This document shows positions 8,120 to 19,800 of a stretch of DNA of 64,000 nucleotides, one piece after another (position 1 is the stretch's first letter; the number at the start of each line of letters is the position of its first letter). Made by a program: the position numbers and the translations under genes. Under the pieces are notes generated by a model that ran no database searches, was not told where the DNA came from, and saw only the letters and a program-made list of their open reading frames with translations. The stretch lies in NCBI GenBank assembly GCA_963771005.1, contig CAVYRO010000008.1, forward strand, positions 197,029 through 261,028, given 5' to 3'. This stretch comes from an uncultured Bacteroidales bacterium (GTDB taxonomy: Bacteria; Bacteroidota; Bacteroidia; Bacteroidales; GCA-2748055).

Positions 8120-8253
8120 TTGCTAACGGTCGCGTGTATGAGTAGTGGCGGACTTCGAAGCACTTTCCAATCAAGATACACAGAATTTGATGCGAGGCAG
8201 AACACTCGAATACGCTACACCCCCCGCCATTACTTATACACGATGTTGGCGGT
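8120..8253 (-). repeat. attC-like recombination site 7
   Basis: TTGCTAAC (8120-8127), GGTCGC, GTGTATGAGTAGTGGCGG ... CCGCCATTACTTATACAC, GAT, GTTGGCGGT (8245-8253). It overlaps the last 8 codons of the methyltransferase ORF. Confidence 0.8.
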
Positions 8254-9132
8254 AGTTTTGTTTTTTATTAATTTGTATCTTATTGGATTCCAGTCGTTAT
8301 TGGCAGGTTTGTCTAATTTGAAATTGAAAAATAATATCTCGTTACCTTTTCTAATTTTATAAGCAGTATGATTAAATGAATACTCTTTGTTCTCGTATTC
8401 TTTATATAACTTTTTTATTTCAGGAACATTATCGTATGATACAATCCAATTAATCTCTTTTATACTTTTAATCTTTTCGCTTACAATTCTGTGATTTTCA
8501 TCACTATAATGATTCATATATAAAGTACTAGCCTTATGATAGTAAGGAGGGTCAAAATATAAAATGACATTTGAATTGTCAGTTTCCATTTCAATTTTGT
8601 CTATTAATTTTAATGCGTCTTTTTTATATAGTTTTATATCTTTCTTTCGAGAAGCAATTTTTCTAATTCTTTGCTTAATTTCTTCTTTGTTAAATCTACA
8701 GTCGATATTATAATCGCTTTTTTGCTCATATCCACCAATCGGCCCACCATTAATGATACCTGAATGATTTGTTCTATTTAAAAACAATGTAGAGAATCCT
8801 AACTCCAATAAACCAACTTTTTCTTTATAGCTTTGAACCTCTTTTAGCTTAAACCAATTTTCAATAGTAACTTCTGTTTTATCAATAAGTTCGCATAATT
8901 CTTCGCTCTTATTTAAAACAGAATACCAGAAAGCATAAATAGAACGGTCTTTATCATTTATAATCACTTTTTTTACAAAACCTTCAAATAGCAAGAACAA
9001 TGCAACAGATGCACCACCTGCATATGGTTCAACATATAAACCATTAATATTCCTGTCTATGCAAATTTTTGCAATAAATGCAGAGAGTTTGTTTTTCCCC
9101 CCTGGGTATCTAAGTGGCGAATAAAAAATCAT
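8230..9132 (-). CDS. Dam-family (D12 class) N6-adenine DNA methyltransferase
   Basis: 300-aa ORF with N-terminal PLRYPGGK, EPYAGGASV (SAM binding) and catalytic DPPY (ILYFDPPYYH). Confidence 0.85.
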   Translation of the reverse strand: MIFYSPLRYPGGKNKLSAFIAKICIDRNINGLYVEPYAGGASVALFLLFEGFVKKVIINDKDRSIYAFWYSVLNKSEELCELIDKTEVTIENWFKLKEVQSYKEKVGLLELGFSTLFLNRTNHSGIINGGPIGGYEQKSDYNIDCRFNKEEIKQRIRKIASRKKDIKLYKKDALKLIDKIEMETDNSNVILYFDPPYYHKASTLYMNHYSDENHRIVSEKIKSIKEINWIVSYDNVPEIKKLYKEYENKEYSFNHTAYKIRKGNEILFFNFKLDKPANNDWNPIRYKLIKNKTTANIVYK

Positions 9133-10514
9133 TTTCTTTTAAAATAATATTCAAGTATCTCTCCAATAATGAAAGAGTTTTTTAAAATTCCATCTTTAGC
9201 CACAGTAATGTTCCCATGTGCATACTTTGCAAGCATACCTTCAAGATTATTACCACCATCTAACCAATCAGTTGTCAAAGATAAATAGTTAACTGAGTCT
9301 TTTTCCAAACTCATTTCTTTTTTGGCAATCTTCAGAAAATCATTGTATAGTTGGTCTTTTTTTGATTTGTCGGAGTCACTTTCGTCAAAATACACCCTTG
9401 CGGCTACTTCGGTTATTAATCTCAAGGACATCCCAATTATTGGCAAAACTGTAGAATCAAATTCGTTTTTTTCATAAATGTTCAATATTGCACGATAAAG
9501 GTCATTGACTTTCCCTGCTTTTAGAGCCAAGGATTTGCCAAATAATGTATTGTTTTCTTTAGAAGTTGGAGTTTTTCTAGGAGGTAAAGTAATTGGAGTC
9601 TGTTCGGCTTTCTTTGTTCCCAATTTAACTGTTTCATTGCCAAATATGTCAGTCTTTTTATTTTTCTCTATATCGCTATTTACTTTAGCTACATTTTCAG
9701 ATTTTACACTTTCTAAATAACTTTTTATCTCAGGATTTTTGTTTAGTTCCCTTGTATCAACCGTATTGCCTTCAAAATCCTTCTTTTTTAAAACATTATG
9801 AATGATGACTTTCAGTTTATCAGGAAAGGTTTTATCTGTATAAGTTAACTCTCCATTTTCATCTGTGCTTAATCCAAATGTTTCCTTTGCAGGGCCAGTT
9901 GCTATAAACCTATAAAAAGTTGTAACATATCCTTGTCCAAGTACTTCATTAATTATTTCATTTGGTAAATCTAGTTTTCTAACAAATTCAGTAATCGCAA
10001 TCTTAATTTTAGTGTTCTGACTTTCAATACCTCTACGTTTTGAATAATTTATTTTTTCAGGTTCAAGCCATCCCACTTGATTGTTTCCTTTTGCGTGTTT
10101 CCTGTCAATATAGCGATAACACTGGTCTTTGTCTTCTGATACAAGACAATCAAGCAAAAAATTAGTGTCAATATTTATCGTTGATTTTTTATTTATTAGT
10201 GAAGTGTAGAACTTTTTATCAATATCAATAACCAACTCAGGATTTGATAATAATTTATATCCAGCAAGCCTTCTATTGCCTTCTAATACAATTAATTTAT
10301 CTGTTGAATCCCATACAACAACTTTTTCCAAATGTGGTAAGTCAATATCATTGACAATTTCGTCAACAAACTCTTTAAGCTTAAAGTTAGGTTTTGATAA
10401 AAAGTATTTAATAAGTTCTTTTTCGTCAGAATTATAATACTGGTCTGGAAATCGAGCATTCTCATCCCAAAGGAAAAGTTTTTCAATCGGTACTTTTTTC
10501 TCTGTAAAATTCAT
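9129..10514 (-). CDS. ParB/sulfiredoxin-fold N-terminal domain protein with a large uncharacterised C-terminal region
   Basis: 461-aa ORF. The N-terminal segment LIVLEGNRRLAGYKLL resembles the ParB-like nuclease-domain GxxR box. There is a 4-nt start/stop overlap with the methyltransferase gene. Confidence 0.55.
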   Translation of the reverse strand: MNFTEKKVPIEKLFLWDENARFPDQYYNSDEKELIKYFLSKPNFKLKEFVDEIVNDIDLPHLEKVVVWDSTDKLIVLEGNRRLAGYKLLSNPELVIDIDKKFYTSLINKKSTINIDTNFLLDCLVSEDKDQCYRYIDRKHAKGNNQVGWLEPEKINYSKRRGIESQNTKIKIAITEFVRKLDLPNEIINEVLGQGYVTTFYRFIATGPAKETFGLSTDENGELTYTDKTFPDKLKVIIHNVLKKKDFEGNTVDTRELNKNPEIKSYLESVKSENVAKVNSDIEKNKKTDIFGNETVKLGTKKAEQTPITLPPRKTPTSKENNTLFGKSLALKAGKVNDLYRAILNIYEKNEFDSTVLPIIGMSLRLITEVAARVYFDESDSDKSKKDQLYNDFLKIAKKEMSLEKDSVNYLSLTTDWLDGGNNLEGMLAKYAHGNITVAKDGILKNSFIIGEILEYYFKRK

Positions 10515-10583
10515 AATATTTCTATTTATAGAGTTCTTTTTGTCTAGTTAATATATTTAAAAAGAAACTTGTATTGACACCAG

Positions 10584-11351
10584 TTATTCTTTATTTTTAA
10601 CATAAATATGCTTAATATGTGTATTTTCTACTTCTTTCTCTTCTATATCAAAGTGAACATTCAAAGATTTAATTAGTGGAGTAAGTTTCGGGAAACCATA
10701 ATTACGAGAATCAAAATCAGGTTTCTTTTTCATAAGTAGCCCTCCAACTTCAGCAAGAAATGCCCATCCATTATCATCAGCCAAATCACCAATTGTCCCT
10801 TTTAATAACTTAATTAATTCATCATCAATTGTATCAATATCTATAGTTGTTGTTGTAACAGGAATACGAGATTGATTAGTTACAATACTTTCTGTTGTTT
10901 TTATTTCCGATATTCCAATAATTTCAATATAAATAAATTTGTCACATGCAACTATAAAAGGATTTGGAGTCTTTTTTTCACCAATCCCAACAACTAACAT
11001 TCCAGACTCCCTTAATCTAATTGCCAATCTTGTAAAATCACTATCGCTTGAAACAAGACAAAATCCGTCAACTTTCTGGCTATGCAATATATCCATTGCA
11101 TCAATAATCATAGCTGAATCTGTTGCGTTTTTTCCTGTTGTATAACTGTATTGTTGAATTGGTGTTATTGCGTGTTCTAATAAAGCTGGCTTCCATCCTG
11201 ATACAGTTGGTTTTGTCCAGTCTCCATAGATTCTCTTAATAGTTGGAATTCCAAGTTTTGCAATTTCATCTAGCATCCCCTTAATGTTTGAATAAGGAAT
11301 ATTATCTGCATCAATTAATACTGCTAATTTTAAATCATCTTTTTGTCTCAT
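10584..11351 (-). CDS. NYN-domain (PIN-like RNase) protein with C-terminal OST-HTH/LOTUS domain
   Basis: 255-aa ORF. LAVLIDADNIP...GKNATDSAMIIDAMDIL...FCLVSSDSDFTRLAIRLRESG is typical of the NYN fold. The C-terminal GWAFLAEVGGLLMKKKPDFDSRNYGFPKLTPLIKSL is LOTUS-like. Confidence 0.75.
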   Translation of the reverse strand: MRQKDDLKLAVLIDADNIPYSNIKGMLDEIAKLGIPTIKRIYGDWTKPTVSGWKPALLEHAITPIQQYSYTTGKNATDSAMIIDAMDILHSQKVDGFCLVSSDSDFTRLAIRLRESGMLVVGIGEKKTPNPFIVACDKFIYIEIIGISEIKTTESIVTNQSRIPVTTTTIDIDTIDDELIKLLKGTIGDLADDNGWAFLAEVGGLLMKKKPDFDSRNYGFPKLTPLIKSLNVHFDIEEKEVENTHIKHIYVKNKE

Positions 11352-11370
11352 GGTTGTACTTTTTTAAATT

Positions 11371-11506
11371 ACCGCCAACGGTTGGTGTATGAGGCGTTGG
11401 GCATTTCAACGCACTTCACTGTCAAACCGCTGATATGTTTATAAAATGTACTCATGTTTCAATTAACCACATGCTGCCCAATGACTTATACACATTGTTG
11501 TGCGGT
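11371..11506 (-). repeat. attC-like recombination site 8
   Basis: ACCGCCAAC (11371-11379), GGTTG, GTGTATGAGGCGTTGGGCA ... TGCCCAATGACTTATACAC, ATT, GTTGTGCGGT (11497-11506). Confidence 0.8.
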
Positions 11507-11631
11507 CGTACTTTTTCTTCAGTCAGGGTGGGCAAAGGCATACTCTTTGACAAGTTTTGGTCGTGGGGTTGACTTTTTGCGCGACTTGGCAATGTGTATG
11601 GCTTTAGCGAGGGCATTTCTATTTCTCCGAT

Positions 11632-13479
11632 TTATGGATTTAAAATGTCATATAAAATATCACCGGCTTTCGTGAGATTTCTCAACAAGTCATCTATTGT
11701 TATTTCTGCAACTCCTCTGTCGTTATAGGTCACATTTAGTCCAATAATTGCTTTATCAATTGTAAAAGGACTTTCCTTTATTTTAGTTAATCTATCACCA
11801 CCAGGATATGCTTCAGGGGGTACTCCTGTCGGTTTGGCAAACTGAACTCCTTCTCGTGTCCAGTCTTTAAAATGTATTGTAACCGGACTTTTTGTATTTG
11901 TGCCGTTATTAGTTACAGAGTAAATATTCTTTGCAATTTCGATTTTTGCTTGGTAATTAATCGCAGGTAAATTCAAATCAAACATGCTTCCTTTTGCAAC
12001 AAGTAATGTCCTCTCAGGTAGCGTAATATTTTTTAAGGCATCAATAACTTTAAAAGCAGCTAGAAGGTCATTTTTGTATATCGGACTTTCCAGGTCGTTG
12101 TGCGACATCGGATTAAAAAGAATGCTTTTGTATAAATACAAACTTTCAATTAAAATCATAGGCGGTTCAATTCCTAAATCGTCATAATATCGTTTAAGGT
12201 TGTCTATCAGCGTTTCAAGATTTGGTGGTTTTACTAAGCCTTTTAACCCTTCACCGACAGAATAGGTTGCCAACAATTTTTCGTGAAATAAATTTTCACA
12301 TTCTTTTCGCAAAGCATTAGCGCAAGCAGGGAAATCATAAACATTAAAGTAGGCTTTTGCTTTTTCAAAATTGGTCTTGTCTTGATGAATAATTTCGGGT
12401 CCTTCAGTTCCTTTGTAAAACTCAACAAATTTCCAGTCCCCAAGATTTAACTTCGCAACTTCATACCAGTGGCGGTCATAGGTTGTAATAAAAACCTGAA
12501 AATCTTTAAATACTTTATCTGCTTCGGCAACTTCTTTTTCTTGAAGCAATTGTAATAATTTCAACCTGTTTTCATTATCCAGACCGATTAAAATATCATC
12601 TAAGAATAAAGGTTTTATCTTCCTTGAAAAAGGACTTTGTTTAACAATCGCACCTAAGAAAATACTTATGGCAATAGCTGAAAGCTTTGCTTCATTTAAA
12701 ACAAACTGAGGATTATGGGCATCTAAATAAATTCCAGCACTTTCAACCAAAAGCAAAATCTTACTTTCAGTGATATTACCCCATTGATTTGTTGTTATTG
12801 TTCTACGTTGGAACTCAATTTTCAAGTCAGGGATTAGTTTTTCTAAAATTTTATTTACTGTTGGGGCTAAATAGTCAGGATTCCCGGTTAAAAATAATTT
12901 GTTAATCGCATTGTTAAATGCAATCGCTTTTTGTTCTACCGAAGCTTTCTTTTGCCGGGCAAAATAAAATTCATGACCACTGCCGAAAGGCTTATTACTT
13001 TCTTCTGCTACATCTGTCCAAAGTTTACCTAATTCAATGCCACCTGTTATAGTTTGAGATTTGAAATGTTTTAGTACACCATTTATTACAAGGTCGAAAA
13101 CATTGATTTGTTTACCAATTTTAATGTTGTGAACTGACAGCAAGTGTTTGTAGGTTATAAAACTCTTTAATCGGTTTGCATCTGTAATTGCTGGTGTTGC
13201 AGTAGTTTTTGTTGTATCGTTTAAGGTAAATTTTGCACCACCTTCAAATTCTACTTCTATTGAACAATCAGTTCCACCGTCATTAAGAAATAAGTTACGA
13301 AGAGCTGACATATCTATGTTTTCAACACTGGATTGAAAGAAGTCTTTTAGTGCATAATAAAACGAGCTTTTACCGCTTCCGTTTTCTCCATACATGAAAA
13401 CATTTTTACCACCAATTGGAATTTTCTCTTCCTTGGTAAATGCTTTATATTTATCAATGGTTACATTTTGGATTCTCAT
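11632..13479 (-). CDS. ABC/SMC-type (RecF-like) ATPase
   Basis: 615-aa intact ORF with Walker A GENGSGKSS near the N-terminus and Walker B/D-loop LFLDDILIGLD. Its ATG overlaps the methyltransferase stop (ATGA at 13476-13479). Confidence 0.7.
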   Translation of the reverse strand: MRIQNVTIDKYKAFTKEEKIPIGGKNVFMYGENGSGKSSFYYALKDFFQSSVENIDMSALRNLFLNDGGTDCSIEVEFEGGAKFTLNDTTKTTATPAITDANRLKSFITYKHLLSVHNIKIGKQINVFDLVINGVLKHFKSQTITGGIELGKLWTDVAEESNKPFGSGHEFYFARQKKASVEQKAIAFNNAINKLFLTGNPDYLAPTVNKILEKLIPDLKIEFQRRTITTNQWGNITESKILLLVESAGIYLDAHNPQFVLNEAKLSAIAISIFLGAIVKQSPFSRKIKPLFLDDILIGLDNENRLKLLQLLQEKEVAEADKVFKDFQVFITTYDRHWYEVAKLNLGDWKFVEFYKGTEGPEIIHQDKTNFEKAKAYFNVYDFPACANALRKECENLFHEKLLATYSVGEGLKGLVKPPNLETLIDNLKRYYDDLGIEPPMILIESLYLYKSILFNPMSHNDLESPIYKNDLLAAFKVIDALKNITLPERTLLVAKGSMFDLNLPAINYQAKIEIAKNIYSVTNNGTNTKSPVTIHFKDWTREGVQFAKPTGVPPEAYPGGDRLTKIKESPFTIDKAIIGLNVTYNDRGVAEITIDDLLRNLTKAGDILYDILNP

Positions 13480-16400
13480 TTTAAAGCTTCTTTTATTATT
13501 CTCACTTCTTCAATGCTGTCCAGAGTCTCAATGGCATATTTTACCGGGTGGTTGTCGTCATACAAACGTTCAAACTCACTTTGTACAATTGCCAATTTTT
13601 CTTCCGGACTCATGGTCTCATTTATTGGTTTTAGATTACCTAAGTGTTTGATTATTTCTTTATCAGCTGATTTGAGTTCTTTGGGGAAGTAAAGTTCATA
13701 AACTATTTCATTTATCAATTCAAAGAAAAACTGTTCATACAATTCATTTAATGAAAAGGAAAAAATGCAATACTGCCTAATGACTATTATTAAATTAGCA
13801 ATATCAGAATCATATGAAGGCAACGGAAAATTCCGAATATCAGTCACAAGAATTTTAGGAAAATCACCTTTTGTTGCTTTAGGTGAAGCATTAAAATGAT
13901 AGAAGGTTGCAATAGTTGAATTTAGAATTCCCCATAACCATTCAAGTGAATAACTGGTATTTTCCTTATTTATAATCGAAATAATTTGTGGGTCATTAAC
14001 CAGATGTTCTTCAACAATGCAGGCAATTATTGTTGGATTAGTAATTTCTCTAACTAAAACTCTCTTCCTATTAAAGTACCTTGGCTCGATATAGCCAGCA
14101 AGGTGTTTGCCATACCATATGTATGAATCAGCTTTCGAGTAACTGTATTTATTCAGGTTCCTACCTTGAATTTCTTGTTCATATTCTGATGATATTTTTT
14201 CAGTACTATGCCATTCTCTATTGTCAACAATAGAATTTCCATTTTCTTTTCCATAGGTTTTTATTAAATCACTCCTTCTGTATGGAATATAACCTTGCGA
14301 TATGTCAAACAAATTTTCAAGATTATTTCTTTTTTCTGTTATCCTCTTTATAGTTTCGACAGTAGTTGGGCTTAATTTAAATGCTAATCCCCAATTTTTA
14401 TTGAAAGATGTGATTTCTTCTTTTGAAATTTCTAATCTTGGTCTTGAAATTAATTCTATGAAACTATTTGCCTCATTGGTATTTCGATATCCAATACTAA
14501 TTGTTTCTTTAGTTAAACCTTTAGACCAATTGAAAATTGTATTTCTTACAACTGCACTCTCAAAAAACTTAAAGTTTGTACAATCCAAAATTTCATTTAC
14601 TGTCCACCTATCTAAAATCTTATTTCTATAATTTTCAGCAAATACATTAAACAATATGGAATTAGGAATTATAAAGGTATTGCATCCATTATTGTGTAAA
14701 AGCTTGAAAGAAAGTTCTATGAAAAAATAGTATATCTCATAATCAGGGACTTTTTCAAATTGCTTCAAAACTATCTTTCTGTAATCATCTTTTATTGATA
14801 CACCATATGGTGGATTTCCAATCACCACATCAAAACCGCCCTTTTCGTGCCAAACCTCTGAGAAATAGAGTTTGAAATCAAAGTCGATTTTATATCCTGC
14901 AAATTCTTCAATCTCATCTAATAGTTGTCTGATTTTCTTGTTTATCTGTAGGCGAAGTTCTTTCTTTTTAGTTTCATTTGTTTCATCATAAAAAAGTGGT
15001 TTTAATCTTTCTATTTCTTTTAGAAGTTCATCATTTGGTAAAACATCTGTTGGCTTACCAATTAATGAGTTGCCGCAAACAATTTTATAATCCAGATTTG
15101 GCAGGGTTTCAATGGGGTCAAGGTCATCTTCGTCGACCACAAGCGAAAGCCACAAACGCAAACGGGCAATATCAATTGCTGAAGCATCAATATCTACTCC
15201 GTAAATGCTTTCTTGAATAATATGGCGTTTTAATCGATAGATATAACGACTTTCGTTGATACTCTCGTGAAACTGAAAACCAAAGCCATCTAATTTTTTA
15301 TTCAAATAAGCATTGCTTAAATGCGGCATTAATACTAATTGTGCATTTACTAATTCATGTAACAAACCCACCGGAAAAGCCCCCGAGCCAATAGCAGGGT
15401 CGCAAATTCGTATTTCTGTTAATTTCCGGTCAATCAACTCTGCATTATTTCTAATGCTTTCAGGAATTTGGTATTTATAATCTTTGGTTTCTGTTCCTTT
15501 GTTTGCAACACGCTGGTCGTTTTCCAACGCAAAGTTTCCTTCTCGAATATAAACTTCTATGTCGTCTTTCTTAACTTTTTCTTCCAGTGCATTGTCCAAA
15601 TAATGTATCAGGCTTTCCTGGCACATATAATGCACAATTTCACGCGGAGTATAAAACGCGCCATTACCTTTTCGATCGTTTATCATCGAAAAGATTTTCA
15701 AAAACTTTTCCCAACATTTCCGGGTCAACAGCTACTTCTTTGTCCAGCGGCTCGTCTTCTTTTATGGTAAAGTTGTAGCGGTCAAAAACATCCAAAACTC
15801 CGGTTCCCTTATCTCCGGCTTTGTTTTTTTCTTCATTACTGAAATAGATTTTCGGGAATGGTAATGTTGGCAGTTTCCCAATCGTATTCTGCTTCAAACA
15901 ATCCTCCATTTAAAAATGGAATCCGGCAATCAAATCGTTTGTAATAAGAGTTTTCATTGTTCCGTTCTTTTGCCAATGCTTCGTAAAACAAGGGTTGCAG
16001 AATAATCTTTAAAGTAATTTTGGTTTTTTCTTTGAGCTTCTTCAAACAATTCCTGAATAAAACGTTTTTTTCCTTTTCCCCAATGTTCGTTTTGTGGTAC
16101 ACCCAGCCAGCCTTTTTTCTGCAAAAAATAGAGAAATACAATTTGCCCGAGTAGTTTTTTTGTAAATCGGGTGTTGTCAATATTCGCCTTTTCTAATTCG
16201 GATTGAATGTGCGTGTCGTTTTCAAAATGTTCGTACAGTTTAACATACAAATCTTTGTATTGACCGAAAAATTCATCGGTGACTTTTTCAATGCTAAAAG
16301 CATTTTCAATTTCTTCAATGGTAGGATTATTGCATATGTTTTGAAGTAATGGCAGAATTTGGTTTTTGCGTGTATGTGCTTTTTCATATTCACCCACCAG

Positions 16401-16867
16401 AAAGGAATACCTTTTTGCAGGTGTAAATTCTTTTCGGGTTTTTACCTTTTGTTTTTCTTCATCTAAGATACGACTGATGTTCGAGTTTAATGAACGAAAA
16501 ACGCCAGTCGGCTCCATCATCTTCTTTTGAATAAAAAGCAACAAGAGCATAATCTTTTTCAAATTTGCTCAGGTGTTTAATCACAAAATTTCGTAATGCG
16601 GTTCTGGCTCGTTCCAGTTTCGCACCGCTTTTCACTTCAACAATTAAAACGTCCAGCGCTTCGCCTTCCGGGTCAATGTACTTGCCAATTCGTTTGTAGG
16701 TGTTGATGTGTTCTTTGTGGTCGTCCCAAATATATTGTCCGCTGTAGACATTGCTTTTGGGTTCAATATCATTCAGCAAGTTTTTGACAAACAGTGTAAA
16801 CCGGCTTTCATCAAACCTTTACTTGAATGTTTCTTCGATTAAGTGATATGGCAGTATTTTTATCCAT
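13476..16867 (-). CDS. Large Eco57I/type IIG-like N6-adenine DNA methyltransferase; N-terminal third fragmented by frameshifts
   Basis: The intact 750-aa C-terminal ORF carries CDPAIGSGAFP (SAM motif I) and VVIGNPPYG (motif IV). The fragments 15664-15909, 15836-16180, 15954-16562 and 16459-16779 read as one continuous N-terminal region (e.g. QIVFLYFLQKKGWLG). The proposed ATG at 16867-16865 (MDKNTAISL...) comes from manual translation. Confidence 0.7.
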
Positions 16868-19800
16868 AATTATTTAATAAGGTATCCTGATAAAATGACT
16901 TCACGTTTTTGAAAAGCTTTTTTCGTGCTGTACTGTTTTCAATGGCAATTGCTCGAATGTGTTTTCTTAAAATATTGAGTGCTTCCAATGGGTCGATGGT
17001 TTTTTCCAATTCATTTTTAATGTCCCGGGCAGTGCGTTTTGCCATTGTACCCAGCTACTAAAATATTTTTCACACTTTCTAATAAATTCATCGTCCGAAT
17101 CGGTAAAGCTTTTGACAGTTTTTAAAGATTTATCTTTTAAGCGTTTTTCGATGTATTTTACATTTGAACGCCCGCCGGCGAGTTTTTTGCGGTTCATCGC
17201 CAATGGTGGTGTCCAACTCAAAGCGAGCCCTGTTTGTCTGTAAAAGATGGTAATAATCGTCAGGGATTTTTGCCCTTTTGGTTAAAGGTTTACATTCCAG
17301 ATTATAAACTGCATCAAAAAAAGTAATTTCATCTGAGCTGCCCTTTTTGTTGAGATAGAATTTTTTGAGTTTACCAATCCTGAAAAAAGTAAGTAGTTGA
17401 TTGGCTTCAATTTTTGACTTTTATAAATCCTGAACGGGCTTTTTTAGGTAGGTTTTTTATTTTTTGAAATAAATCAGGATTTTCATCTCTTATTTTTCGC
17501 ATCATTTCCAGATACTTCAATTCCGAATCGCCTTCTTCATCTTCTCCGGTGTAGGCCTTTTTGTTATTCAAGGTGTTAAACAATTCCTGACTTCCAATTT
17601 CTTCGCCATCGGTCAGGTATTTGGCATCTTCACCCAAAATATCATGAAACATCTGGATTTTATTGGTGATGTTCATTTCCAATCCAAGATGTGCATCCGA
17701 TTGTGTTGTTGGGAAGAAATTAAAAATATGCACATTTGTCAAATGCTGACTTCCCAAACGATTCACACGTCCGGCTCTTTGTAGCACTCTGGTTGGATTC
17801 CAGGGCAAATCGTAATTGATAACCACATTTGACCGATGAAGGTTAATTCCTTCAGCCAAAACATCGGTGGCAATCAGAATTCTCAAATCATTAACTTGTT
17901 CTTTTGGTTTTTCTATTTGGGTCGTAATTGGCTTGAATAATATCGCGTGAAACAGTGTGATTTGATGTTAGTTTCAAATCTGAGTGACGTCCGCCTTTAC
18001 TGGAATAAAACATTACCTATTTAGGAAATTCGTTTAGCAAAGCTTCATAAATGTAATCACCTGTTTCTTTTGATTCTGTGAAAATTACAAGCTTATTGTT
18101 CTATTCAAGTGATTTGGTTTTCTTTGATTCAAAAATGAACTGTTCAAGTTTCGGGTCTGAGTCAACAGTTCTGCCATAATTCTTTTACTTGTTTAAAACT
18201 TTTAAATCAAATTCAAGTTTTGTTTTAAAGTCTTTTTTAAAGTCTTTTGAATCATATTTGTTGGCTTTGTCTTCTTCAACCAATTCATCGAGTTTATCAA
18301 TGTCATCATTTCTCAAGCAGGTCGTAAACATCTACTTTTTTGCTGATATAAACTGTTCCAGAATCGAACATTGAGATAAAGTTTTCATAAGAAAGAATAA
18401 AACGGTCAACACTTTGCCGAAAAGCGTAAAAACTACTTTCCAAACGTTTAACAAGAATTCCTTTCATAAATCCTCCAACATTTCGCTGTTGTTGTTTTTC
18501 AAACTCACTTAGCTGCTTTATTTCCAATGTAAAAAAGCAACGGCGTGTATCTGGAATAGGTAAAGTGTGTAGGAGTTTTATCGTTTGCTTTAAAAGTGTT
18601 TTCAAATTCACCTTCGTATTCATATACAATTTTCTGCGGGTCTTTCACATTCAGGAAAAACCAAACCTTGTTTAAGAATATCGCCTTTAAAATAAGTAAC
18701 AACATCTGACCGTGTTCTTCGAACCATGACATATCTTAAAATGTTGTTTTTAATTTCGTTTGAAACTTCTTTAATGAGAATTTTATAAGCAGGGTCATCT
18801 TTTTCAACTTTCTTTAGCTTGGTTCTTAATGAATTAAAAAACTTTTCAAGATTTGGCACTCCGGGAATAGTTGACTGTTTTGGAGCCTGAAATAATTTAA
18901 GTTGTGCAAAAATATCATCAACCGTATTGTTTAAAGGAGTTGCAGTAACAAGAATTACTTTTTTGCCCCGGCAAATATCCAATAAGGTTGGCATATGATT
19001 GTGTGTTTTCATTTCTGAAACGGTGTGCTTCATCCACAACAATATAATCGTATCGTTCTAATCCTTTTTTAATGATGTGTTCCAGTTTACCAAGCGATTC
19101 AACTTCAAAACTTCGGATACCAAAATCAAATAAAGAATCTTTCCAGTAATCCTTTCAACACAGGAGGACAAACAACTAAAGTTCTGCCCTGAATTTGTTG
19201 AAGAAGTAAAGCTGTAATAAATGTTTTACCAAGACCAACAACATCAGCAAGAAAAACGCCATTGTATGCTTCCAGAATTTTCTTTGCCTGAATTGCAGCC
19301 TGACTTTGATATTTTAATTTCATAAATCCATCTGGCAGAAATGGGTCAAACTGGTCTTCCAGATTTATGTCTTCTTCCAAGTATTCATAAATTAATTTCA
19401 GATAAAATTCGTATGGAGTAATTTGATCATTTAACCATGTTTTTGTTGTAATTGTGTCAACAAAATCATCTGAAATATCAACAGATTCATTCCAAAGCTC
19501 ATTAAACTGGTTTTCTGCAAATTTAACATCTAATGTTTTCCTCAACTCAACATTAAATTCTCGGTTTGCCACAAAGCCAGATTCAGAAAAATTACTTGAA
19601 CCAGTAATTACAAAACCATAATCTCTGTCTTCAGGATGGAATCTGCCTATGTAAACTTTTGCATGAATATTTTTTGATGGATAGGCTCTTATTTCTAATT
19701 TTTTTCCATTTCCTCCAATTGCTTTATCATCTGCTGGATTTTTACATTCTTGTTGTAAAAATTCAATAAATTTCCGAATTCCAATTTCTAAGCTTGTTAT

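Noticed and set aside
11507-11631. A short shared motif just outside the GTT box in noncoding tails: ACTTT..TTC..GTCAG at 11507-11540, 23094-23125 and 2585-2615.
   Set aside because: The similarity covers only about 15-20 nt with gaps and could be chance. It is not enough to define an additional element.
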